Shown: in pieces, positions 1 to 12,660 of the stretch
How positions within the stretch are numbered: the stretch's first letter is position 1
Layout of the letters: every line of letters starts with the position of its first letter
Assembly (NCBI RefSeq): GCF_001194135.2
Contig: NC_068990.1
Location: 6,272,701-6,336,700 of the forward strand
Direction of reading: 5' to 3'
Source of the DNA: Octopus bimaculoides
Lineage: Eukaryota
Length of the DNA: 64,000 bases
Position numbers and translations under genes: made by a program
The notes under the pieces: generated by a model
Seen by the model: the letters and a program-made list of their open reading frames with translations, nothing else
What the model was told of the DNA's origin: nothing
The model's database searches: none

Positions 1-737
1 GTAAAACATAGAAAATTTAAAAGATAAAAACACGAGCAGAATATAAAGCATTGCTGCTCAGGCTGGAAAATAGCTATAAATTCATTCTCAGTGAGGAATT
101 GTTCTCAAAGCTTATTTGGCTTTTTTAAAACCCTGCTGATAGATAAAATGTTATGTTTTATGTATGAAATGAAATTGTTATCCAATTCGTTTTACGCATT
201 CTGGTGTCTAATGCAGTGCTCCGCATGGTGTGCCATGAGACGATGGTAGGTGTATCGCAGTGTAACCTGAATATAATTTTTTTCTCCTTATACTTTTAGT
301 TATATTTTGAAAAGAATGTAAGTGTACTTCAAGTGAAAAAAAAGGTTACCAAGCACTGGTCTAATATATTTAATTGTGTCAATGACCTTTGTCTAATTTA
401 AGAAAATTAAGTAAGAACACAAGATTAAGTAAGTGTGAAAACATTTACTTAATGTTTTACTCTTGATATTCTTTACTTCTTAAAATAATTTGAAACAGAA
501 GTGTCAGGAAGTGAAGCAAACATGGAAATAAAATATTTCTCATAACACAAAGAAACCAGGCTCAGCAGAAACCCAAACATCCAAATAGTAGAACAGCAAT
601 ACATGCAATGATAAAAACACTATATCAAGAGTTGTGATGAGCTACAGCTCATGTATTAGATTTGTACTCATTTTAGCCTTGACCATTCTGGACATTGTCA
701 TGTCAGCATCTGAGGATAGACAATGATTTTAAAGAGA

Positions 738-1360
738 TTATGGGGTTTTTTTTACTCTTGAGCAGCCTACATAAAATTGGCCATTAGCTAAACAGAACTC
801 ATCAAGATGTAGTCCAGCAACTATCAATGTTTGCTCTTGGTATTCATTGACTGACATGGCAAAGCTTAGATGTCCAGGAAACTGAAGTTTTCGAAACTGA
901 GAGGTATATCTGTCAGTAGGAGTGAAATTCTGGGTGTAATTGCACCCTCTTTTTCGTGCATCCAATGAAAGTGGTAATCTTGACAACACGTGGCATAAAC
1001 TTGCTAGCCATTTGTTGTGTGCTACAGCATAGCCTCACTACACAGCATTATTAGGGACTGCTTTTTAGCTGAAATCAGTGTGGTGATAGACCTAAAGGGT
1101 TCTAACTAAACTTTTAAATTCTGCTGGGTCCATGTCTATTGATTTGTAGGATAACTGTTTCCTGAAGCCAGTTGATGCTTTTGCTTAAATATGTTTCCTT
1201 TGCATTCAATCACATGATGCTGCAGGTTGAGAAACACCTTTGATATCAATTCATATGTCGTTTTAACCAAGATGGGTTTATAGTGTTAGGAGTAAGTCTT
1301 CCCTCTCTAACTAGTAACAAATTTTTGGTAAACTAACAGGACAGCTCATCTCCAAAATGA
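738..1360 (-). mobile_element. Decayed Helitron RepHel helicase C-terminus (PIF1-like), copy A
   Basis: RKLQFPGHLSFAMSVNEYQEQTL...GQFYVGCSRV resembles the Helitron motifs RxQFPxxLxFAMTINKSQGQT...GQLYVAxSRV. The upstream part has stops and frameshifts. Confidence 0.8.
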
Positions 1361-1425
1361 TTGACTTTCATGTTTGTAAACAGTTTTAAAATTTTCATAT
1401 TGGTCTAATGTGATGACAATTCAAG

Positions 1426-1730
1426 GCAATGGTCGTCAACTGAGGTTCATATGGCCTCTAGGGGTCCCTATAAGATTTGGGGCGGGGGGGGGGTCCACAT
1501 CACAAAACTATAAATTGGGGATCCACAAAAGTAGTGTAAGGGCTCCTGAAAAAAGGTTGCTTTAGATGTATGTATTGCAAGAAACAGCAAAATCTTTTTC
1601 GCTAACATTTTACATAATTCATCCTACATGAAAAACAAAATAGGAATTTTAAAAAAAGTTTCTATATAACTAGTTTTTAAACATCAAATAGCTAGTGGGG
1701 TGGGTCAACCTGGAAAATAAATGACACATT
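1426..1730. mobile_element. Non-autonomous DNA transposon (hAT-like MITE) remnant
   Basis: Starts caatggtcgtcaactgaggttcatatggcctctaggggtcc, resembling CAGTGGTTCTCAAC-type hAT ends, with internal ggggtccac repeats. Confidence 0.35.
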
Positions 1731-1949
1731 TGAATTTAGTCCTGCTATATTAATTCACATAGAAATTATGAGTGTGCCTACTCTTGCTTTGTTCAGCAAC
1801 AGTAGCTGTTGATGATGATAAAGATGAAGTATGATGGTATGAAAAAAGAGGATAAAAAACATGTATATATAAATTTATATGAATGAATTCAGTAATTGGA
1901 AAATTTTAGTGCACACAATGTTTGTGACTTTCTTCAACACTCATGCTAG

Positions 1950-2700
1950 CTGTGGTACCCAGTATAGTTCTTCAAAGAGCAACATACAATTGTTCATGTG
2001 TTCAGCAGCTGAGGAACACTAATCTATCTACTCAATGGCTGACATTAAAATTTATTAGCTGTCATAGCAAACTCCACTCACATTACAAGTTGTAATTGCA
2101 TTAGGATGATATCTGCGAGGCATTTGAATGTTTCAGTTTAATTCTTAGCACAGTGACATTTTTATAATGTTCACCTTTTGTAAATATATCACCTTCAGTC
2201 AAGTGTTCAAGTAAATTCAAATTCTTGTTCAATTGCAAAGCCAATCAGCATTATTTAAATCTCTCAGAAGTATTACATCGTATCTCTTTTCCCAGGTGAA
2301 AGTTGGTGGGAGAACTTCACCAAAGTTAGAGTTCTTTAAGAACTAAATTGGATAATTGTATTGATTACCTTCACAATCATGGGAATTGATGTTTAAATAT
2401 GACTGATTCACTATCAATACGTTGATAATTTCTTCATTTATAAAATCAACCACAGTATCAAGGCTTTCATAGACTTGTGTTTTCTTTATGAAAGAAAATG
2501 GAAGGAAGCTATAGATATCAAAGGAAGTTGTCACAATGCATTTGGTTCATTGAGACTTGAAAACATTCTCCTTTCTGTTCTTGTAGAGTATTTTGAAGAG
2601 AACGGTACTGTTCTTTTTCAGTTTGCAATAACTATTGATATTGTACTCTTGTGACTGAAACATTTCAAAATCATTGATCTGATGCATTATCTTGTATGCA
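1950..2700 (-). mobile_element. Decayed Helitron helicase C-terminus, copy B
   Basis: Manual translation gives VDFINEEIINVL...YNYPI*FLKNSN..VLPP..VILLRDLN...LCN*TRI and later HEQLYVALRR, matching Helitron YPxEFLNSL..LPP..MLLRNL..LCNGTRL and HGQLYVALSR. Confidence 0.75.
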
Positions 2701-2844
2701 TAATAGTACATCCATATATGCTTTTGTTATTATTCATATCCATGAGAATTATACCCCAAACTTTTCTCCCCTTTTGGAAACATGAGAACAAAATATAATG
2801 AATCATAATCCTGATTAAAGTTGATCAAATTGCTGCAACCTTAA

Positions 2845-3060
2845 TTATCATCATCATCATCATCATCGTTTAACGTCCGCTTTCTATGCTAGCATGGGTT
2901 GGACGATTTGACTGAGGACTGGTGAAACCAGATGGCAACACCAGGCTCCAATCTAATTTGGCAGAGTTTCTACAGCTGGATGCCCTTCCTAACGCCAACA
3001 ACTCAAAGAGTGTAGTGGGTGCTTTTACGTGTCACCCGCACGAAAACGGCCACGCTCGAA
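2845..3060 (-). mobile_element. (GAT)n-tailed short retroposon (RTE 3'UTR-derived)
   Basis: (CAT)n run followed by gtttaacgtccgcttt...ctggatgcccttcctaacgcc. Same family at about 5230-5340, 6130-6395, 38370-38480, 39130-39290, 45885-46150, 48840-49070, 55330-55760 and 61920-62130. Confidence 0.8.
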
Positions 3061-3372
3061 ATCATGTTTACATAAAAAACAATGCCATATTGTCAATCTG
3101 TTCCGAGTATAATGATTGCTATTTTAGCAGTAAAATTGCTATTTTAGCAGTTTACTGCAGTTAATAAATGACAAAATATGTCATCTGCAAATGTTCAACA
3201 ACTAATTGTGCTCTGCAATAGCTCTGTAGCATAATACACATTTGTTGGCCAATCTGAATGTCAGTTTCATGGATGTGGATTTGGGTAAACAATGCAGTTT
3301 AATCAGAAGCAATAGTGAAGTTGATAAAAGATCATCTACAACACTTTGTATAATCTCTTTGTATAATCTCTT

Positions 3373-3663
3373 TCAACCCAGATCCCAACTATAGTTTGCA
3401 TTGTTTAACGAGAAACTAAACATTGTGTCTTGATGAAATTCAAAGTTGTTCCAAGCCAAATTCAATGATGCTGGATATTCCAGCAATTTGAGGTAGCTTG
3501 AATTTTTTCTTTTGTACAAAACGTTGAAACTGGATTGTGTGAGCCATGTGTTGTTTGCAATTTTATCTGTAAATATGTTTGGCACTCCATAGTATGTGAC
3601 ATACATACAACACAGATGGTGCTTGTGTACTTGCAGGAAACTATCTTCAGAATTAGCTCCCAA
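3373..3663 (-). mobile_element. Possible Helitron Rep-domain remnant
   Basis: YVTYYGVPNIFT..ANNTW loosely resembles Rep motif YGxPDLFITFTCNPxW. Same strand as, and upstream of, helicase copy B. Confidence 0.3.
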
Positions 3664-3924
3664 ATTCCTTTAATTTTTCTTTATTAGGAAAGTATAACAA
3701 GATGGTTTCATCACTACTCCCTTGCTTTATGTGCATTTTTTATGACTGCATTGTTGCACAAATTAATCAAAGATGCAGCATGGTCAAATTTCTGTTACAG
3801 GGTATTCTTCTCTGTTGGAATATTTGGTGTAAAAATATCTTCATGAGTACACACGAATTGCTTTTGTTCATATTTGCATGCTTCAATTATCATCTCTTTG
3901 TCTTTTCCATTTCTACTTTCTTCT

Positions 3925-3968
<44 letters not shown>

Positions 3969-4689
3969 GCATCAGCAGTGTCTGTTTCTTTTCAGCTGTT
4001 TTTTTTTTCTTCTTTCCACTGGTTATGTTTAGAAAAACAAAAGTTGTCTTGATAGGTAAAAGATTATATCCTTCAACTGATCTTCAGGTAAATCTTGTTA
4101 ATATTCAGATCCCTTATGACAATAGCATCACTTTTATATGTTTGTTTGATGACTATTGTATCATTGTTTTGGAGATGTTTTAAGAGTGGATTTTTTCTGA
4201 TTTGGTAATATTTGGTCTGAAACGAATGTTTAAAAGGAAATTTGGAAAGGATATACTGGTTTATATGAGTATTTCTTCTTTTTGATGAAGTGGGTGAATT
4301 TTAGTTTGTTCCTTATCAGGGATTAATCAACATCACTATTTTTATTGATGAAAACCACAATCAATTATAATTTTTGACAGAATTCTGGGACAACCTTCTT
4401 TGATTTTTGATAGTTGACTGTTTGTGTAGGTGTTATTTTAACCCACTTGCCAAATGTTGAAATTCATCATTATATAAATTCTTTTTCAATATATTTATAA
4501 TATTAAGGTCTTTTTTATTCAATTGTTTTGGAGGTTTTCTCTTGTGTTTTTCCTTTTTCCAGCATTTGTTGTCCTGACATTAAAAAAATTAATTCCTCTT
4601 TGTTTAGTATTTCCATTCTTGTTGACTTTTACTAAATGTGTGGCAAATGCTCAGGGGCAATGAACACTGAAAATGTACAGAAAACAGCC

Positions 4690-4830
4690 TGCGCCACATT
4701 CCAGGGGGACAGCTTCCGTTACCAAGTCAGTAGCGGGGGCGGTTGCTCTGAGAGTGTAGCTGCTAGAATAAGAATAGCCTGGGCAAAGTTCATAGAGCTC
4801 CTACCTCTGCTGGTGACAAAGGGCCTGTCA
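4690..4830 (+). mobile_element. RTE LINE fragment
   Basis: DSFRY...GGGCSESVAARIRIAWAKFIELLPLLVTKGL, homologous to the 52.5-52.7 kb RTE segment. Confidence 0.75.
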
Positions 4831-6717
4831 CATGCACTATGCTTGCAGAGAAGGTCGGTTGTTCTGCAATACCACATACTATCTTTTGCTTTGCCTATTC
4901 TGTACCCTTTGGGCATGCATCCCCATTTTCATCCATCTCTTGTCCATTCCATACCCTCTCACACCACAATCGTTTATTCTCCTAACTGTTGTACTTGTTC
5001 TGTATTTTCTCATCTCTTCTACTCATCACATCACAAGACCCCCTAACTGAGAGGAAAGTACTAGGTTTGCACATATTGAATATTACCCCTCCCTGTTCCT
5101 CCACTACCTACATCCTGCTATTCTTCCAAATCATAAGCTATGTTGCTTGAGCAAGGAAGGATTGCAATGCTGGTGACTTTTATCCTCCTTCCCTGTTGCC
5201 ATGCTCTCATGGAAATGCTTAGAAACAGGTGAGGGGCGGCAACAAGAAGGCCATCCAGCTGTAGAAAAACCTGCTTCAACGAATTTCATCTGACTCATGC
5301 CAGCATGGAAATGTGAATATTAAAATGATTGTGATGAAGAGGATGAATACACACACACACACACACATATGTGCTGTATGTGCAATGTGAGTGTGCATTA
5401 GTACAAAGATTTTGAGTGAAAAACTAGGCATTACGGGAATCAGATGTAGTGTGCAATAAAGAAGATTGTGCTGGTATGGACATATGATGAGTACGAATGA
5501 AGACAGCCAGATAGAGAAGTGCTGATTGTTAAATGTGGCTGGAAATTGCAGAAGGAGACTCAGGAAGGGGGTGAAGTGATTAAGGTTGACCTCAAGACCT
5601 TGATCCTGATGGAGGAGATGATAAAAGACCTGCCCTCATCAGCTAAACATATTGCACTCATCCACTCCTCTCATGCATTAGGTCTGCTTCTCCCACCACC
5701 CAGCTCCTGCAGACTACCAACCATGTTATTTCTCTCTCTTTCTCTTATCCTCCACCTTTTGACAGCCATATCATATTTACTATTCTTGTTGCTTTCCCCC
5801 CACCCCCACTCACTCTCTTCTGCATCCCTCTATCTTCCCCCAAACTCATGGTTTCTTACTCGTCTACCCTTCAATCTGCCTCATTGTCCCTTCATTCTCC
5901 TTCCTGTACAAACTTGCAAACCAATTCATCAACTCACCTTGTGGGACCACCTATGCACGCCATCACCATTATCTATCTATTGCAGCTCCTACTGTTAATT
6001 TTCTTTTCCTCTCCCCTTCCCCTACTAGATGTTAGTAGCTAGGCAGATCCTCTACAAGAACCAGCACTGCCCTCCTCTCATAGTTCAATGCCCTTATCCA
6101 CTAGTATGAAGCTCCCCCACCTCTCACTCCATCAGGGTCTGTAGTTCTGTGAGCTGCATGGCAACCTCTATAGTGCAGGTGGCACAAAAAGAGCACCCCC
6201 ATCAATGCTGTAAAGTGGTTGGCATCAGGAAGGTCATCCGGCTGCTGTAGAAACTATGCCAAAACAGACACTGGAGAATGATACAGTCCTTGGACACATC
6301 AGATCCAGTCAAACCATCCAACCCATGCCAGCATGGAACACAGGCATTAAATGATGATAATGATGATGATGATAATGATGATGATGATGATGATGAAATA
6401 TATACATATAAAAGTGGAAATAGATAAATAGATGTGCTAAGTGTGCAACAAATTACCATTTAAGGTTATGGCTCTGGATAGTATCCACATGAAACATAAA
6501 ACTCCATCTGCTGTGTGATCCAGGGGAACATGCATACAATATAAGGGTATTGTATAGTATGAACAGCACATGTAGCATGAGAGAATAACAAGAAGCAAGT
6601 TGTAGGTAATTTGTTTAGACGTTACTCTTACTTCAGCAATTGATAATCAAGATCCATGATTGATCTGGTCAAATATATTTTTGCTGCCTAATCACAGTTA
6701 TATATAATTTGTGATTA

Positions 6718-6925
6718 GGCAGCAATCTGGTTGAATCATTAGCATGCTGGGTAAAATGCTTAGCAACATTTTGTTCATCTTTAGGTTCTGAGTTCAAATT
6801 TTGTAGAGGTCAACTTTGGCCTCCATCTTTTTGGAGTCGACAAAATAAGTAACAGTTGAACACCGAGGTTGATGTAATTGATTTACCCCCTCGCCCAAAT
6901 TGCTGGCCTTGTGCTCGAATTCAGT
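6718..6925 (+). mobile_element. Diverged tRNA-derived SINE
   Basis: Homologous to the 21482 and 27277 SINEs. Flanked by the direct repeat tatataatttgtgatta (6701-6717 and about 6931-6947). Confidence 0.65.
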
Positions 6926-7095
6926 TTTAATATATAATTTGTGATTATTCATCAATTTTGATTATCAATTGCTGAAGTGAGTGTAATGTCCATGAAAAAA
7001 AAAATATATACTAAGACAACTTGCTTCCTGTTATTCTCTCATACTGTATGTATGTGTGTATAAGTATATATATATATGTATATATAATGTGTATG

Positions 7096-7147
<52 letters not shown>

Positions 7148-8152
7148 TACATACAAATATATATGCATTCATATATACAAACACACATACATGAGTGTAT
7201 GTGAGTGTGGTGAGTGTGGCAAAAACACCTAAAAATTATAAAACTTCAAAGAAAATATTGAAATGTATAAGAAAAAATGTACAAGAGAAAAATATATAAA
7301 AAATGCAAGCAAAATATGAAGAATTTTATATAATCATTCATAAATATGTGAATTATAATTGATATTGTGAAAATAATTTGCATAATTTTCTTATTAACAT
7401 ATTTGTATTATATTTGTATTATATTATGTTTTTGAAGTGGGTTTTTAGAGCTAAATTTTCCAAAATGTTTTGCATCTTGGAAGTTAATAAAATGACAGAA
7501 CAGTAGTCGAAGTGTTAGTGATTTATAATCTGTTATTGGCCCTTCAGTGTGTATCTCACAATGAAATTTCAAAAGCCCATCTATAGCATTAACTGGATGT
7601 TATAACCAGAATATGTATTGTGTAACTGACAAGTATTTTGAGTTGTAGTACAGTGCTTGGCTCAAATCCAAAGATAAGTTTAATTCAGAAAGGATGAATT
7701 TGAATAAGTATATAAATGTCTTCGATTGCTTCAACCAATTGAACGGGTTACGGAATATGATTTTCTTCCGAATACTCCAAGAATTATATCACAATATCAA
7801 CATACACGCACATGCACACAACAAACACGGATAATTATAAATATGTGATTTAAGATTTGCGGTAATATTCATTTTGAAATAGAAATAATTTATTGCATCA
7901 GCTGTTTTTCATAACTTTTCTTAGTGCTATATACTATAGGAATTACATTTACGTTTTTTTTTTTTTTCTCATAATTGTTATTTAAATGCCATAATTTCTT
8001 TTCAATGATTATGTATATAAGTTGAAAATGAAAAATTAACCAAGTTAATAATGTGGAAAACAAAATCTAGTACGGGATATCCAATACTGACAAAAAGCTG
8101 AATGACACAACAGTCCAGAATATAAAAATACACAGGAAAAAAGTTAACTTAC

Positions 8153-8244
8153 CAGTAGATTGAGCAATTGAGGTAAGTTGAGTTGATTGCTTGATAAGGG
8201 ATACTCGGTAAAAGTAGTTTCGCCAGAAGTTCTCCTCATTAATT
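8153..8244 (-). CDS. SYAP1: SYAP1 coding exon 5 (BSD domain FWxxYF motif); gene continues leftward
   Basis: 92 nt, phase 2 to 1, (Q)[30 protein letters not shown], donor G|gtaagt. No later exon was found in 1-8150. Confidence 0.95.
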
Positions 8245-8859
8245 CTTTCATCAGAGCGAGGACAGAAAAATTGAATGATTTGAAAGAAATTAGTATCTTT
8301 AATAGAATGATATAATATTTTATTTAAATTAGGTTAAAAAGGAAACCAATGAGAATGACAGAAAACTAAATGCAAGAACAATTTTTTGGTTAAAGTTACC
8401 AAGCTGGACAGAAATGATGGTTTAAGACCATACAAGATGTAAAAACCAATGCAAATAATCATAAATAACAATCACTATAAGTAAAAGAAACAGTTTATAA
8501 TTGGTAAGTATTCATTTAATTGTGCCATTGCTTAGTCTTTATTCTTTACAAACACAAGAAATATGTCTGCTGAACCTTTACAGCAATGAGAAGAATCAAA
8601 CTTATTAATCGATTGACCAAACAGTGATTAATAGTGGTCTACAATATTATTTTGCTCCACTTTATGCATATAAAGTATTTGAGTGTGCAGTGTCATTGTA
8701 AAGTCCTTCTGCACTTTTAGATTTGTCTGGCAGAGTTAATCAGGGAAAAGGATAAGTAAAATTATTTAATTTTTAAATGGATTTATTCTTGAAATTATAA
8801 AGTTTCAACATGTTTCATGAGTAACTTTAACAGAGTTGGGTCTGTTGCAAGCATTCAGA

Positions 8860-9300
8860 CCAAGGTCCTGTAAGGGTTTATCATGAACTCATAGTACAAT
8901 GACACCCTCTGTACTTTGTAGATACCAACTAAACCCACCAGACAATTCTCTCACATCTGCAGACAGTCATCCAGCCTAGAATTCATACATCACGCCATTT
9001 GTACAAACAGTACACCCTATCCTTCTCTGACACTCAAATCTCTCAACTTTGTTTATATTTCATCTCTGCTACCCAGACTACACTCTTCACTTTAACTTTA
9101 CTCTGAAAGTTGGTGTCCAATGTAAAAGTCAATTCCACTAACCCGGCTTCTCACCTCTCTCATCTGGATATAAGCAACAAAGGCTTTCAATTACTTTGGC
9201 TCCAAGACTTAGTCACCTACTCATTCAAATATTTCAGCCTTCTAACATCTAACCATCAAAAAAATCTTTGACCATATCCCTGCCTATATTGAGGACATCT
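8860..9300 (+). mobile_element. Heavily decayed Penelope-like RT fragment
   Basis: Loose similarity of translated frames (HLQTVIQP...; TTLFTLTLL*KLV) to PLE reverse transcriptase. Confidence 0.3.
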
Positions 9301-9904
9301 AAGTTACTTCAATATAATATAAGATAATTTCATCATTAACATCATTGCTTTAATATCCATGCTTGACTGCATCAGACGAAAATCACTGCGGTAAAATTTT
9401 CTGCAGCCCTTCTTGCCAATCCTTTTTCCAAGTAAGCTAATATTTTGCTGAGTCTTTCAGACAAGAAGAGCACAATGACTAAACATTTTTACAGAGAAAA
9501 CTTCAAACAAGCAACATTGTTTGTATGGCAGTGATATTTGTTTGCAATCAACTTGCAGTCAAGGCAAAGAGACACAATTGTCATACCATCTGGCCTTCTA
9601 CCGTCCCCTCAGTCTAGCTCCACTGGCTTGAGCTGGCAAGGGGAATCTGAAGCGTCTAAGCCATGCTTTATGATCTTGTTAAGGGTGGCAGGGCATAGAA
9701 GGTGGCCAGTAATATGCTGGCATGACAGTGGACGGAGACCGAAAGAATCCACAGTGGATCCATAATGGCATTCGTGAGGCACACAGGTCTGGAGGCCAAG
9801 CGTCAAGGAAACGATGTGCAAGCAGTTGCTCTCAAGCCGAGTGCTAGTTGCAAGTGTATGTCTGCATTGAGCAGACAGTGCTGGTCGGCACACCAACTTG
9901 TCCA

Positions 9905-10311
9905 TAGGAGGAATTACTTCCTGGAAAGTTCTGGGGGGCAAATTACTTCGTGGAAAGATCCAAGGTAGGGGAGGAGGGGAGGAATTAATTTCTGGAAAGT
10001 TCCGAGTATTCCTGAAAAAGTTCCAACGTGGGGAAGAATTACTTCCTGGAAATTTCCAAGGATGGTACTTCATGGAAAGTTCCGAGAGTTTCCTGGAAAG
10101 TCTCGAGGATGAGCTACTTGCTGGGAAGTTCCGAGAAATTCCTGGAGAGTTCCGATGATGGGACTCCCTGGAAAATTCCGATGACTTCTTGGAAAGTTCC
10201 GGGGACTTTCTGGAAATATCCGAGGCGTAGCTGTTACAGATCATACCTAACCTAAAACGATCACAGCCACATCATCCAAACAGGCTGGGTGAAACCGGGT
10301 TTAGCTGCTAG
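9905..10311 (+). mobile_element. 3' part of a non-autonomous Helitron-like element with an internal minisatellite
   Basis: About 12 diverged TTCCTGGAAAGTTCC units, then ctgggtgaaaccgggtttagctgCTAG|t (weak hairpin plus CTAG followed by T, as at Helitron 3' ends). Confidence 0.55.
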
Positions 10312-11699
10312 TATGAATATATTATATAAAGGTGCTGTGAACAAAAAGTAAACACTGATAGGATTTCTCTCACAAAAAGACAAAATGGTGAGCAGGTAGA
10401 ATCAACAGAATGTCAGTAAAAATGCCTTGTGATATTTTTGTAACTTTCTACATTCTGAGTTCAAATTCCACTCGGGTAAACATGCTTTTCAGTTCATTTA
10501 TAGTGACCTATAATAAAATATCAGTCAACTAAGGAGTCAAGGGTATCAACTAAGCCCCTCCTCTCCAATTTGCTGGCCTTGTACCTCAATCAGAAACCCA
10601 TTTTTTTCTTCACAAAAACTATCTTACAATACTTTTGAAGTATCAGTACTAGATCCAATATTTGTGATACTTGACAGGGGAATGGAGGAAAAAAATTGTT
10701 GATAACATCAATTTGAATATCAACCTTAGAACAATGTCAAACAAAGTTGATAAGAAGAGTAATTTAATTCAGAATGTAAAGTGACAATGTATTTTTTCTA
10801 ATCTTAGTCTCTTAGCATACACACACTAACACAAGGTAAACACACATATAGATTCAAAGACTGGCCCCCATCAAAACCAGGTTTATTTTTTCTAAACTTT
10901 GGCATAAGGTTTAGATAATATAAGGTCACTTGTAAGTAACCCTGTATTTCTTCTAAACCTTTGGCATAAAGTTTAAATAATACAGGGTTACTTGTAAGTG
11001 ACCCTATTAAAAATAATGAGCAAAGTCGACCAAGTTGGGATCTGAGCTCAGGATGTAAAAACACATAAGTAAGTTCTGCAAAGCATTTTTTGGGGTATGC
11101 TGTAATTTAAGTAGATTTCTTTTAAGTAGGCATAAAAACACATCAGAAAGAGTAAGTACACAGTCAATGATTTAATCCCAGTAAATATAAGAAGGGTCTT
11201 TAAAAAACCTCATAAATCACATGGAAATATCAAATTATATACTCCCAATCTTTACTTTCTAACTCCCCTTCATATCCCTTTATTTTTAATAAGTATCATG
11301 ATAATAGGCACTTCCATTTTCTCAATGTCACAATTCCAGCTTCACACTCACTCCTTATTTCCTACTACACACTTTGAATTCACTTCCCAGTTGCCTTTCC
11401 ATCATCCCTGATAATTGCAACATTTCATTTCTCAGACTCAATATCGAATAGTTTTGCCTAATCTTTTTCTCTCTAGGGAGAACTTCTTTCATAATCATGT
11501 TTTTACTCCAGCTAAACCTATAACAGCTTAAGCTGAACATCCTTTTTATTGCCCCCAATCCCTTCTTCAACACCTACTCAAGGAAATCAGAGATAGACCA
11601 GACACTGCTCTGAATCTCTAGATTAAACATTAAAACTCTCTTAGCTGTCACACCCCTTCACTTTCCATCACCAGCCTGCTTAACTATAGATATACTTAC

Positions 11700-11839
11700 T
11701 GTTTGGGCACCAACTCAAACCTCATTTTCTGAAGTTCAGGGTCTTCTTGTAGAGTTGCCATTGCAATTGGATAGACAGTATCAAAATCAAAACTGAACTG
11801 AACTCCCGCAGGAGGATTTCTTAGGAAATTTCTCTTGTC
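11700..11839 (-). CDS. SYAP1: SYAP1 coding exon 4 (start of BSD domain)
   Basis: tttttacag| acceptor and CA|gtaagt donor. 140 nt, [46 protein letters not shown], nearly identical to SYAP1. Confidence 0.96.
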
Positions 11840-12029
11840 CTGTAAAAAACATAATAGTAAGGCAATGAGATTTGTGAGAAAAATGATATTTCATACACGC
11901 TTACTTAAATAATGTTTCAAAAATCTAATCATAAAAGCTTTTTTTTTTACATATAAATGGGTTTTGCATTAGTAAAAAGGTTAAAGAATAAAGACCCCCT
12001 TCAGTCATGAATGACCATGGGATTGCACC

Positions 12030-12660
12030 TAGAAAGTTCCCCTCCAAGGTAAAAATCCATTTCTATATTTATTGGTTATCTTATTATTAGGTGAATATTT
12101 AATTTTATCCTTATACCCAGCACTGGCCAGTGCTGCATTGTAATACTCCGAATGTGAATTAAATATTCTTTCATTAGCAAACAGCCTGGACATTCTATTT
12201 GATATGCTTTTCATAATAGTTTTTAATACCAAAGGTGGAAGATTTGAATTTCTATTTACATATCTTAGATTCTCATTTGGTTTATGGAATGGTTCAAAAA
12301 ACTGTGTTTAGATTAAGAGTTACATCTAGAAAATTTACTACTTTATGGTCTTTTCAATAGTTAGGAGCAGTTTACTATAATCTACTGCAATTTCCGACAA
12401 GGAAAAGAGTATCATCCCTATATAGACCCTCTTCACCACCTGATCTGGAAAAGAATGCAAATACCAACAAGATCGGTGACCTGCGCTGAATCTTTGATTC
12501 TATTGTTATATCAATACAATCAATCCTATCCATGGCTTGTTATCATAATCAATTATTGTACTACAGGCTGCTAATATAATATCAATCTCGTGTTTGTATA
12601 AATCAGAGTTGCATTTGGCAAATATAAGTGCCTTATTAAGTAACATTACTTGTTCCAATC
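12030..12660 (-). mobile_element. Penelope-like element reverse transcriptase fragment
   Basis: LLNKALIFAK...EIDII...DSAQVTDLVG...GLYRDDTL and KSISNRMSRL...FNSHSEYYNAAL, matching PLE RT motifs (DGAEVCELVG, GLYRDDGL). Confidence 0.85.

Noticed and set aside
8195-8260. CTGATGA...GAAA...GTA across the SYAP1 exon 5 acceptor (hammerhead-like)
   Set aside because: Helices I and II do not pair, and the sequence is explained by coding and splice constraints.
9609-10244. 211-aa minus-strand ORF (and overlapping + ORFs)
   Set aside because: Runs through the TTCCTGGAAAGTTCC minisatellite, which is stop-poor. No domain recognised.
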